A stretch of 64,000 nt of DNA from contig JBGSMV010000041.1 in NCBI GenBank assembly GCA_041739995.1, forward strand, positions 1 to 64,000. Reading direction: 5' to 3'. A program made the position numbers and the translations under genes. This stretch comes from Bdellovibrionota bacterium (GTDB taxonomy: Bacteria; Bdellovibrionota_C; UBA2361; JBGSMV01). Of this stretch, positions 53,480-61,694 are shown in pieces (positions within the stretch are counted from its first letter, which is position 1; each line of letters opens with the position of its first letter). Under the pieces are notes generated by a model. It was given only the letters and a program-made list of their open reading frames with translations, made no database searches and was not told the DNA's origin.

Positions 53480-54172
53480 TTGTTTCAGGTTATTCGAGGA
53501 TCGGAGCCGGCCACCTTTTCGGTCATAAAGTTGGCACGCACCATCCTTCTGTGTCGTGATTGCGAAGGCGTTCCGTTTGGAATGAAGACTGTTGACTTGT
53601 GCGGGATGTGTGGTGGTGCCAATGCCTGTCTGGACTGCACTGGCACACCTAACGGCATGGCTGGTCCCGATCGCTGCGGCGTCTGCGGTGGAGATGGCAC
53701 ATCCTGCCTTGGCTGCGTGGAAACGAACTTGTCCGACCTTCTGACTCTGTTCACACGCGACTTCTTTACGCTACGCGGTCTCAACGCGCGCGCACTTCGT
53801 CGCCTTGGAAAGGCAGCAGCACCAACAAATAAGAGTCTGGCTTGTAAGTATGTGCCAAGACAGCTTCAAAAGATCGACTTCCGCTTTAGTCGAATTCAGA
53901 TCGAACCGTACGCCGATCTTCCTCCGACGGTGGTAAGTTGCACGAATGCGAATCTATGCGTTCAGATCGACAACGTGCCGGTGCTTGAGCGCTACAGCAC
54001 CCAGGCTGAAGAGTTCCTAAGTGGCACGAAACAGGCAATGCGGAAGTTGAAGAAGACCATTGGTGCGCTCACACGGCGCGACAAGAAGCGCCTCAACAGA
54101 GTAAAGAAAGTTGCTGCAACAATTAAGTTGAACTTGAGTTCGGTGCCCCGACTAGTTTCCTCTTGCGAATAA
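53480..54172 (+). CDS. Cys-rich repeat protein, probably the 5'-truncated C-terminus of a larger surface protein
   Basis: DCEG...DLCGMCGG, DCTG...DRCGVCGGDGTSC repeats, then a basic helical tail; no signal peptide or good start codon. Confidence 0.6.
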   Translation: MFQVIRGSEPATFSVIKLARTILLCRDCEGVPFGMKTVDLCGMCGGANACLDCTGTPNGMAGPDRCGVCGGDGTSCLGCVETNLSDLLTLFTRDFFTLRGLNARALRRLGKAAAPTNKSLACKYVPRQLQKIDFRFSRIQIEPYADLPPTVVSCTNANLCVQIDNVPVLERYSTQAEEFLSGTKQAMRKLKKTIGALTRRDKKRLNRVKKVAATIKLNLSSVPRLVSSCE

Positions 54173-54735
54173 CGGCGCTCAAGGTTTCTTTTGGCAGAAT
54201 TCGGTAAGCACACCAAACGTTGAGGTGGGGTGAAGGAATCCGACCAACTCACCAGTTCCATCACGGAAGATCTATTTTCCTATACACTTGATAAGTTGCA
54301 CAGCGCTGCATTAGCTCTGTGTGCGCCTTGGGCACACACGAAAGAGAGGCTCCCAAAACTCACGAGCACCCTCCGGACTCACAAATTTGATTAGATGCGG
54401 CCGGCAAGAACTAAAACGAGCACAACAACGACAAGAAGACCCAACCCTCCGCTCGGTGCATAGCCCCAGCTTTGGCTGTGCGGCCAACGTGGCAACGCTC
54501 CAACAATCAGAAAGATTAGGACGATGAGAAGAAGTGTTGATAAAGTCATTAAATCTCCGTTAGTCAAGAACTTCGTGCTCGCTCGCAGCTTGGAACTTCA
54601 GACCCACCAGTGCCTAACAAAACACCGCACTTGGTTCCTCTCATTCACGTTATCCATATCGATCGTGCCGTATTCTATAGCTGCTAAACTTTTGCCTGCG
54701 TCTTAGTATGTTACTCAGAGTTATTTTCGTTCACT

Positions 54736-54930
54736 TTATCGCACAGAGTCATCAATCGACTCCCCCAGCTTCTCCAATGTTCCCTTCTCTTTCAGAGGCG
54801 CATCTCCGTGTTTTACGTTATCGATAACTTCATCGACTCGCTCTCCGACCTTTTCTGCTGACCCTTTCTCGCGGCAGCCTATCAATGAAAGAGACATTGT
54901 AATTCCTATGCACAATAGTATTGTTTTCAT
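54736..54930 (-). CDS. Small lipoprotein
   Basis: Lipobox LIGC; repeated G.AEK.GE.(V/I)D motif. Confidence 0.75.
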   Translation of the reverse strand: MKTILLCIGITMSLSLIGCREKGSAEKVGERVDEVIDNVKHGDAPLKEKGTLEKLGESIDDSVR

Positions 54931-55005
54931 GCTGATTTCCGTTTGTTCCTGGACTCGGTTAAAAAGTAAAATAGGTAGTTTGTGGCGTCACATGACGAGG
55001 TCGTG

Positions 55006-55242
55006 CTATTTTTTCTCGTCATCTTCTTCGTGCCCAATAAGGCCGCCCCCGACTGCGCCCAGCGCTCCTCCCACGACGGTTCCGCCTACGCCGGGAGCGA
55101 CTATGTTTCCGACAACTGCGCCTGCGCCTCCACCGATTACTGCACCTTGCTCAGTCCCATTCAATTTTCTCCAGGTTGAACATGCGGTGAGCAGAGTCAG
55201 AACAAGTACGCACGAAGCAAAAAAAGTAATTGGGTTTTTCAT
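55006..55242 (-). CDS. Glycine-zipper lipoprotein (OsmB/YMGG-like)
   Basis: Lipobox LTAC; GAVIGGGAGAVVG...GTVVGGALGAVGG. Confidence 0.85.
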   Translation of the reverse strand: MKNPITFFASCVLVLTLLTACSTWRKLNGTEQGAVIGGGAGAVVGNIVAPGVGGTVVGGALGAVGGGLIGHEEDDEKK

Positions 55243-55459
55243 AATGGCTCTCGATCCGATTCGAACTTCAGTTCAGCCATTCTAGGAGCTGCGCATCGCT
55301 TACCGACATGATCTTCGTCAGGCGAAACTAACTTTTCATAGTCATGCGTGAGCGCCGAAGACTGCCAAACCAGCCTGCACCTCGTCATTTCTCTTCGTAT
55401 GAAGCCAAGATTCTCTACAGGTATCTATAATGAGGTGGTCAATATAAAAAATTGCCGAT

Positions 55460-55807
55460 TTATTGGCGTTGATAAGAACCGCCAATCTCTCCAGCCCCCT
55501 TCTTTGCTTCATGTATCGCTTCGGTTGATTCAATTTTCTTTTCGTCGACTTTCTTCTCTGCACCAGCGACGTCCAGGGTCGCGTCAACTTTTGCATCTTC
55601 AAGTTTCTTTGGCTCTCCTTGAGCTCTTGCCTCGTCAATATCTTTCTTCGATTCCACCTTTTGTCGCCCGACTTCGTTCTCCGCCGCATTGATCGCCTGC
55701 CGAGCTTTTTGCTCTTCTTTGATCACTTTATCGTGACGGCTGTCGTTGCATGCAAAGAGAGATACGGAAGAACAAATTGTCACAAGTACCAATTTAGCGT
55801 GCTTCAT
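55460..55807 (-). CDS. Hydrophilic helical lipoprotein
   Basis: GAGGG RBS; lipobox LFAC; Lys/Glu/Ala-rich. Confidence 0.7.
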   Translation of the reverse strand: MKHAKLVLVTICSSVSLFACNDSRHDKVIKEEQKARQAINAAENEVGRQKVESKKDIDEARAQGEPKKLEDAKVDATLDVAGAEKKVDEKKIESTEAIHEAKKGAGEIGGSYQRQ

Positions 55808-56028
55808 GGATTTCCCTCGCTACGACCTATTTCCCTAGCTTTAGATCAAACCGGCCAACACGCGCCTGACGCTCCTCACGTGGTTTCGCTAGTTATCGTC
55901 AAAACCATGCCCTTCTCTGCGGTGGAAGAGATGAGCTACTCCGTAACGTCTCGCATCGAAAATGCCGCTTTCTGAGATAAATGACTAGAAAGTGCCACGT
56001 ATCTGGCGAAATATGAGAGACTAGCCGC

Positions 56029-56844
56029 ATGCAAACTAGGCCCCCTTCCGTCAAACATTCGGAGCATCCGGAGACTCCAAGGAGTATTCAGACGGAACTG
56101 GAGCGAAGTACTGTCAGTTCAGCGGCAGTAATTTCTAGTGACGGGGCTGGCGAACATCGATTCTTGTCAGCGCATCCGATGTTTTCTCAGCTCTCCCCAA
56201 ATGAATTAAAGACATTGGCGAATTCTTCTCGATTCGCCACGGTCGGCGCAGGGGAGTACATAACCGTGGAAGGTGATGAAGAGAGTTTGTACGGTTTCAT
56301 CGTGGTGTCCGGTCGACTTTCCATGATGAAGACTTCAATCAACGGTAAGGAGCTCGTGGTAGAGCTCTTGGGTCCGGGCGATATCTTTGGTTTGTTGCTC
56401 ACGCTGACGCTGGAAAAGTTACCTGCAGAGCTTTCTGCTCGTGCTCAATCACTGTCGGAAGTGCTGTGGGTTCCTATAAAAAACCTTCTTCCAGCCCTCA
56501 ATGCTCATCCAAAAATTTATCGAGGATTCATTGCCTATCTGCTGCATCGTCTGCAGTCCTCCTATCGAATTTCCCGTGGTCTTGCGCACGACCGAGTTGA
56601 GGTTAGAATTGCTGCTTTATTGTCGAGTTTGGCGCTTAAGTTTGCCAGGCTGCCGCCAGCCGTCCAGGATCTCACCATTGATATTACTCGTCAGCAGATA
56701 GCTGATTTGACCGGCACGACAGCGGAGACGGCAATCCGGGAAACGCGAGCGATGCAGCTGGATGGTCTCATCGACATCACGCATCCAGGTATCGTGCGGG
56801 TATTAAACCTAGACGCTCTCAACGAGATTGCTGAAGGGCAGTGA
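56029..56844 (+). CDS. Crp/Fnr-family transcriptional regulator
   Basis: cNMP-like domain (GKELVVELLGPGDIFG), VEVRIAALL, HTH ITRQQIADLTGTTAETAIR. Confidence 0.92.
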   Translation: MQTRPPSVKHSEHPETPRSIQTELERSTVSSAAVISSDGAGEHRFLSAHPMFSQLSPNELKTLANSSRFATVGAGEYITVEGDEESLYGFIVVSGRLSMMKTSINGKELVVELLGPGDIFGLLLTLTLEKLPAELSARAQSLSEVLWVPIKNLLPALNAHPKIYRGFIAYLLHRLQSSYRISRGLAHDRVEVRIAALLSSLALKFARLPPAVQDLTIDITRQQIADLTGTTAETAIRETRAMQLDGLIDITHPGIVRVLNLDALNEIAEGQ

Positions 56845-57116
56845 ACCTATAGTTCCCATAGAGACTCGCACAACGGCAATTCCTTATAAAGGTCCCTCGC
56901 TCGTGCTGAGCTTGCGCCGTTTCTTCTCTATGTAACCTTAAACTGTTTCTCCTTTTCCTTTCCAGTTCCTTGCCATTCATAAATGTCGCTGTTGGTGTTA
57001 ATTATTTTCCGCCAAACGTTAGGCAAGTCTCATTCGTGTCGGCATGATCCTTATCATGACTACAGCGGGAAGGTCGGACTAGCATCTTCGCTTTACATGA
57101 CAATCGGAGTAGCCAG

Positions 57117-57683
57117 ATGGAGAATCCGGAACACGTGATTAAGCAACAGCTACGCGAGCAACTCGCACTCGAAGAGCATCTTTGTCGAACGATGGAGGAA
57201 CAGATTGCAGGGATTGATGAGAGATATTTTGCAGATGCAAAAAAGCTATTAAGGCAAACCATCTCAGTTCTGACCACTCATTTTGCGTCCCTAAACGGAC
57301 AGCTTGACCAACTCGAGCAGCGTTCTCTGAACGAGCGCAACCAGATGGTAGCCATGAATGGTGCGGTCCCAAAGAACTCCCTAGGAAGAGAGCAACAAAA
57401 AGGACAACTATATAGAGTTTTGCGGGACGCCTATTCGGCACTCAACCTGATAACGATGAGCAACACGCTGTTGCATACAACAGCCCTTGCATTAGGCAGC
57501 GGCGAGGTAGCTGCACTGGCGCTCAAGCATTTAGAGAATCTAGTGCCGCTTGTCATTCGACTTGGTGAACTGACGCCAGAAGTACTTGCTCTTGAGCTGC
57601 ACGCCGAATCGTCATCAATTGATTTATCGGTCGCTAAAATTGCCCTCAAAAATACGCAGCTTGTATGGAGAAAAGCCTCGTAG
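57117..57683 (+). CDS. Ferritin-like (YciF/DUF892-like) four-helix protein
   Basis: GGAG RBS; ALEEH...EEQ, H...L, LRDAYSALN...LHTTALALG...ALALKHL. Confidence 0.65.
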   Translation: MENPEHVIKQQLREQLALEEHLCRTMEEQIAGIDERYFADAKKLLRQTISVLTTHFASLNGQLDQLEQRSLNERNQMVAMNGAVPKNSLGREQQKGQLYRVLRDAYSALNLITMSNTLLHTTALALGSGEVAALALKHLENLVPLVIRLGELTPEVLALELHAESSSIDLSVAKIALKNTQLVWRKAS

Positions 57684-57744
57684 AGACATTGATAGCTCGC
57701 CGCTCGCGGCAAATTTTAATAACATAGAAAGAAAGGAATAGGAT

Positions 57745-58461
57745 ATGAAACGAACATTTTCAGTATTTTTTGCGCTGGCCCTAAGTTGTCCACTTGTAGT
57801 ACTTGCGGACGATTTAGGTACCCAGAAAAAAGACGAAACCATGCGTGCGCGTATGGGAGAAGTGAAGATTCAAAGGGATTTTCAAAAATCAGTTGACGAC
57901 ACGACAGCGGTATATGCTGCCATCACCAAGGGCTCACATGGCGAAGTCCCTGTGAGCATTCTTAGGAAAGCAAAATGCATCGCAGTACTTCCAGGTGTAA
58001 TCACCGGCGCACTAATAGTCGGAGGTACCCACGGTGGCGGACTAGCAAGTTGCAGGACAGAGGCAAATACGTGGAGTCAGCCGACACCCATCTCGTTGAA
58101 CCAGGGTAGCGTCGGATTGCAAGTCGGAGGAAAGTCGACAGATCTCGTCCTGTTCTTCCAGACCAAGGTCGCAGTAGACGCCCTAAAGCGGGGTAACTTA
58201 GCGCTTGGATCTGATGTGAGTGCTGTTGCAGGGACCTTCGACAGCAGTGTCGATACATCAACTGCGGGCATCATAGCGTACAACCGCACTGAGGGCCTCT
58301 TTGCGGGTGCCGCGCTCACTAGCGGTAAGATTGGACAGGATCAAGATGAGCTTGTTAAGTATTATGGCGAAAACATCAATTACACCAAGCTTCTTGAGGG
58401 GCGGGCGCTTCCGGATAGTACAAAGTATTCAGAGAAGCTGACAAAGCTTTTCCCATCATAG
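57745..58461 (+). CDS. Exported YSC84/SYLF lipid-binding domain protein
   Basis: KAKCIAVLP...GGTHGGG...WSQP...GSVGLQVGGKSTDLVL...GLFAG. Confidence 0.9.
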   Translation: MKRTFSVFFALALSCPLVVLADDLGTQKKDETMRARMGEVKIQRDFQKSVDDTTAVYAAITKGSHGEVPVSILRKAKCIAVLPGVITGALIVGGTHGGGLASCRTEANTWSQPTPISLNQGSVGLQVGGKSTDLVLFFQTKVAVDALKRGNLALGSDVSAVAGTFDSSVDTSTAGIIAYNRTEGLFAGAALTSGKIGQDQDELVKYYGENINYTKLLEGRALPDSTKYSEKLTKLFPS

Positions 58462-58499
58462 TGCATAGATCCTACTAGCTTCTGCTTAGGCATAGCTTG

Positions 58500-58540
58500 G
58501 AGGGGCGCACATTTCATATTGTGCGCCCCTCTTTTTATTT
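58500..58540 (+). terminator. Rho-independent terminator
   Basis: GAGGGGCGCAC-loop-GTGCGCCCCTC followed by TTTTTATTT. Confidence 0.85.
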
Positions 58541-58969
58541 ATTGCCATCGATATCCTCGCTATTTGCCATCGTCTAAATGCGCGGAGAGCTCCTGTGCGG
58601 TGTGGGGGGAAGCTTCCCCTACCCTGTGCGACCTGTGACCCATTGAGGGTGAGACAAAGCAGCTCCTCAAGTTCGATTTGCTCAATTTGCTGCTGCGCTA
58701 AAAACATTTCGAGATTCTCCGCTTTGATCACTCCGATTGAGCTGCAAGGCGGGAAGGCCAGAGCTCCGATCTGATTCGAATCATGACTAATGTCATATCC
58801 CATTCGGGCTTTGAGCACGCTGGGCTCGGGAGCGCCAGCAAGGCGAACCGCCCGAGGCTCATTCGTACGGGCATGAGCAGCCTCATATGAAAACGCCTGC
58901 GACTGGCCCATTCTCCTAAAGATCCTATTTCAAGGATGCGTAGCTACTTATTCTTTATCAGAGTTATTT

Positions 58970-59548
58970 ATGAGAAATATTTGTTCCACGGCTCTTTTAC
59001 TTAATCTATGCCTCGTTCCCTTCGCCTGGGCGGAAGACAGCACGGGGCATCTTGAGTCCAATGTTGAGACTAGTGCTGACGGCTCATTCAAAGGAACCTC
59101 AGACTTCCAAGGAATTGATGCTTCAGGAGCAACGATTAGGTCCAAGGTTGTAAAAGAAGAAGCCGCTCCCGCAGGAGGCAAGCAAAAATCGTTCACGACA
59201 GTTGAGGTGTCACGGGATCCGAAAGGTCTTGGGAACAAATCCTGGGGAAAGGGCGAAACTCACCGCACCGTTGACGCCAAGGGAAATTTGCATCGGGAAA
59301 CAAAGGGGCAATCAGTTGACGCTGCCGGGACAACCCACCAAATCGATGAAAAGACTATCTCCAAGGTAGCCGCCGACGGAGCTACGGAGACCACAGTAAC
59401 CACTAAGGCCGTTACGGACCCCAAGGGGTTGATGAACCAGAGCGTCACCAAGATCGACGTAGAGACAAAGCGCGCCGCCGATGGCACCCAGACAAAAATT
59501 GTGCGTAAGGAAGTAGACGGAGAAGTCGTGGGGAACACGGTGCGCTAA
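58970..59548 (+). CDS. Secreted Thr/Lys-rich protein with internal duplication
   Basis: Signal peptide (AWA-E); two copies of DA(S/A)G.T and DPKGL.N.S. Confidence 0.75.
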   Translation: MRNICSTALLLNLCLVPFAWAEDSTGHLESNVETSADGSFKGTSDFQGIDASGATIRSKVVKEEAAPAGGKQKSFTTVEVSRDPKGLGNKSWGKGETHRTVDAKGNLHRETKGQSVDAAGTTHQIDEKTISKVAADGATETTVTTKAVTDPKGLMNQSVTKIDVETKRAADGTQTKIVRKEVDGEVVGNTVR

Positions 59549-59656
59549 CTGGCGAAAAGAAACCCTCCTGGACATGCGAGCGGTCATGCTCGCTGATGTG
59601 GGAAGGGCCTAGAGTTAGACAGCATTACACATCTAGAAAAGGCAAAGGTATCATAT

Positions 59657-59902
59657 ATGAATATTGAACAGTTCGAAGGAAAATGGGACCAGCTCAAAGG
59701 GCAGGTAAAGGAAAAATGGGGCAAACTTACCGGCGATGACATGAAAGTCATAGGCGGCAAAAAAGACCAATTGATCGGAAAACTTCGCGAGCGATATGGG
59801 CAAACACAAGAACAAGCAGAACGTGAAGTTGGAAGTTTCATGAAAGATTGTAGCTGCGAAGCCGACATTCCACAAAAATCGAAGACACGGCCAAAGGCAT
59901 GA
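59657..59902 (+). CDS. CsbD/YjbJ family general stress protein
   Basis: EGKWDQLKGQVKEKWGKLTGDD...DQLIGKLRERYG...AEREV. Confidence 0.93.
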   Translation: MNIEQFEGKWDQLKGQVKEKWGKLTGDDMKVIGGKKDQLIGKLRERYGQTQEQAEREVGSFMKDCSCEADIPQKSKTRPKA

Positions 59903-60081
59903 GTAAAGCCCCAGTTAGTTCGCGCTCTATGAACTGCCTGGCATGTTCTCTTCATTCTCTCGCTGCGCTCGTTGTGCTCTGGGTGTGAGAAATTAGCCAA
60001 CCATATCTCGACGAGCGTTGCGGGGGACTCTTATCTAGGAACTTCTTTGTGGGGCACGGCTTCAAAACCTAAAGGATATTT

Positions 60082-60249
60082 ATGGTGAATTGGACTTTGA
60101 CTTTTGTGGTGCTCGCCGTTGTTGCCGCGGTTCTTGGATTCGGTGGACTAGCTGCAGATTCAGCATATATCGCAAAAGTTCTCATCGTCGTTCTTCTCGA
60201 GCTGAGCCTGATAAGCTTTGTAACCGAACGTCGCGTAAAGATTCCGTAG
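60082..60249 (+). CDS. DUF1328 (YtjA-like) small membrane protein, absent from the ORF track
   Basis: AAGGA RBS; MVNWTLTFVVLAVVAAVLGFGGLAADSAYIAKVLIVVLLELSLISFVTERRVKIP (55 aa). Confidence 0.88.
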   Translation: MVNWTLTFVVLAVVAAVLGFGGLAADSAYIAKVLIVVLLELSLISFVTERRVKIP

Positions 60250-60353
60250 CGGGGGCCCAAGAATGCCGCTCAGATGACAGCTCTTTCCTTAGTGGGATAG
60301 GGTCCAGAATACCGTAAATCCACCAGGCACCTCGCCTTCTTAGAAGTGCAAAG

Positions 60354-60854
60354 ATGAAAAATGTTACCACTCTTCACCCTGCTAAGAGAATTGTGGTGCT
60401 GTATGCCTTGTCGCTTCTACTAGTCATCATTCTCCTGATATTGGGGCTAGCGCATTTGCAGCAACAACTTGGGCAGGACGATTATTCGGTTGCTATCGTT
60501 TGGAAGGTCGTCCTCCCCGTTGGTCTTGCCGCTCTTTTCTATTCATTCCTGTGGCGGCTCACGAGTATATATAAAATTTCCGATGAGTACGTTTCAGCCA
60601 CGTTTGGAATTCTATCAAAAACCCACATTCGGATACCGCTGAATAGAATTGTCGATTACCAAGTAATCACTCCACTACTTGAGCGAATTCTAGGCCTTGG
60701 GTCCATTCACATTGACACCGCTGGCGATGAAGACCTAATTATGCGGCAAGTCAGTCAAGGAGAGATAACTTCTGCAGTTTCGAGGTTGAATAAGTTATTG
60801 AATAAAGAACTGCAGAGCTCAAAATCTCCGGTAGGCTTCGTACCGGCCACATAG
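60354..60854 (+). CDS. Membrane protein with bacterial PH domain (bPH_2-like)
   Basis: Two TMs, then Y.I.D...GILSK...IPLNRI...LLERILGLGSIHIDTAG. Confidence 0.85.
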   Translation: MKNVTTLHPAKRIVVLYALSLLLVIILLILGLAHLQQQLGQDDYSVAIVWKVVLPVGLAALFYSFLWRLTSIYKISDEYVSATFGILSKTHIRIPLNRIVDYQVITPLLERILGLGSIHIDTAGDEDLIMRQVSQGEITSAVSRLNKLLNKELQSSKSPVGFVPAT

Positions 60855-61097
60855 CGCGCAACAAAGTAGTCCACTGCCTTCTGGACAGTGCCTCGAGCTC
60901 TTTGAGATTCTTCACGCGCACAAATCCAGGATGCATAGTGCCAATAAGTCCAGGACGCTGGTCACTCCTATTGCAGTCTCGGATATAGCGCCAGTCGAAT
61001 CGACTGCCGTTTGACGATGGAACTGGGCTCTAGTCTCCCCGCCGAACTCTGCGGGTAGGCGCCCTTACAGAGATTTATTAAGCCGGGAGGATCTCCA

Positions 61098-61147
61098 GGG
61101 CATAGGAAGATCGATCTAACCCATGGAGTTAACGAACCAAGATAGTT
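61098..61147 (-). mobile_element. IS91/ISCR oriIS-like end, copy B
   Basis: Reverse complement ends GATCTTCCTATGCCC; lies downstream of the IS91-type remnant; direct repeat of 53366-53415. Confidence 0.65.
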
Positions 61148-61281
61148 CTAACTCTGCCGGATTGTTTCATGTGGTTAAAGAGCTGATGAACTGACGCACG
61201 GAGAAGCGTTGGAATGCCCCCCTTGGTGCGAAGCGACGGGATTTTTAGAGTGAGAGGGTACTCAGAGCTGGTAGCGGCATT

Positions 61282-61400
61282 TTAGGCGGGGCCTGTGCTC
61301 TTGCAGCGTGGACACTCCAAGGGATTGATTTCGAAGATGCGTTTCATCCGCCTTTGCACAAGGCGGGAGAAGTGCACGCTGCCCAACTCAGTGATGGGGC
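61282..61400 (-). pseudogene. C-terminal remnant of an IS91-family rolling-circle transposase
   Basis: PSLSWAAC + 26-bp insertion + MKRIFEINPLECPRCKS, with AQAPP in another frame; matches the W...(I/L)KR(V/I)(F/Y)E.(D/N)PL.CP.C...RAPP tail. Confidence 0.7.
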
Positions 61401-61694
61401 GTGGTGTCGCTCTTGGGGTTCGACGCTTTCCGGGCTTTTCCACAGTGAGACTACTTAGGGTGCCAGTGGTTGGGGAAAACTCTGGCAGGGCAGAAGGATC
61501 GCTCTACACCTTCCTAGAGTAGGTCATTTTCTTAGGCGGCTCATTGGTAGATTCAGAGCGAGGTTTCTACTTTGGTGATTCATCGTGAAAATCGGGATAA
61601 CCGGCACGAATCGCAAGGAAATGCGCTTTGATTCAGCTCATTTTGACGATGAACTCTCTATAGAAAAAAGTCTAAAGGACTTTTTCACAGGGAA

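Noticed and set aside
58486..58911. 141-aa minus-strand ORF
   Set aside because: No recognisable motif, it runs through the YSC84 terminator, and the RBS-like sequence is too close to the ATG. It cannot be supported, though not excluded.
54650..60060. Recurrent GGCA(C/T)G motifs as sigma54 promoters in the stress cluster
   Set aside because: The -12 GC is missing at the required spacing.
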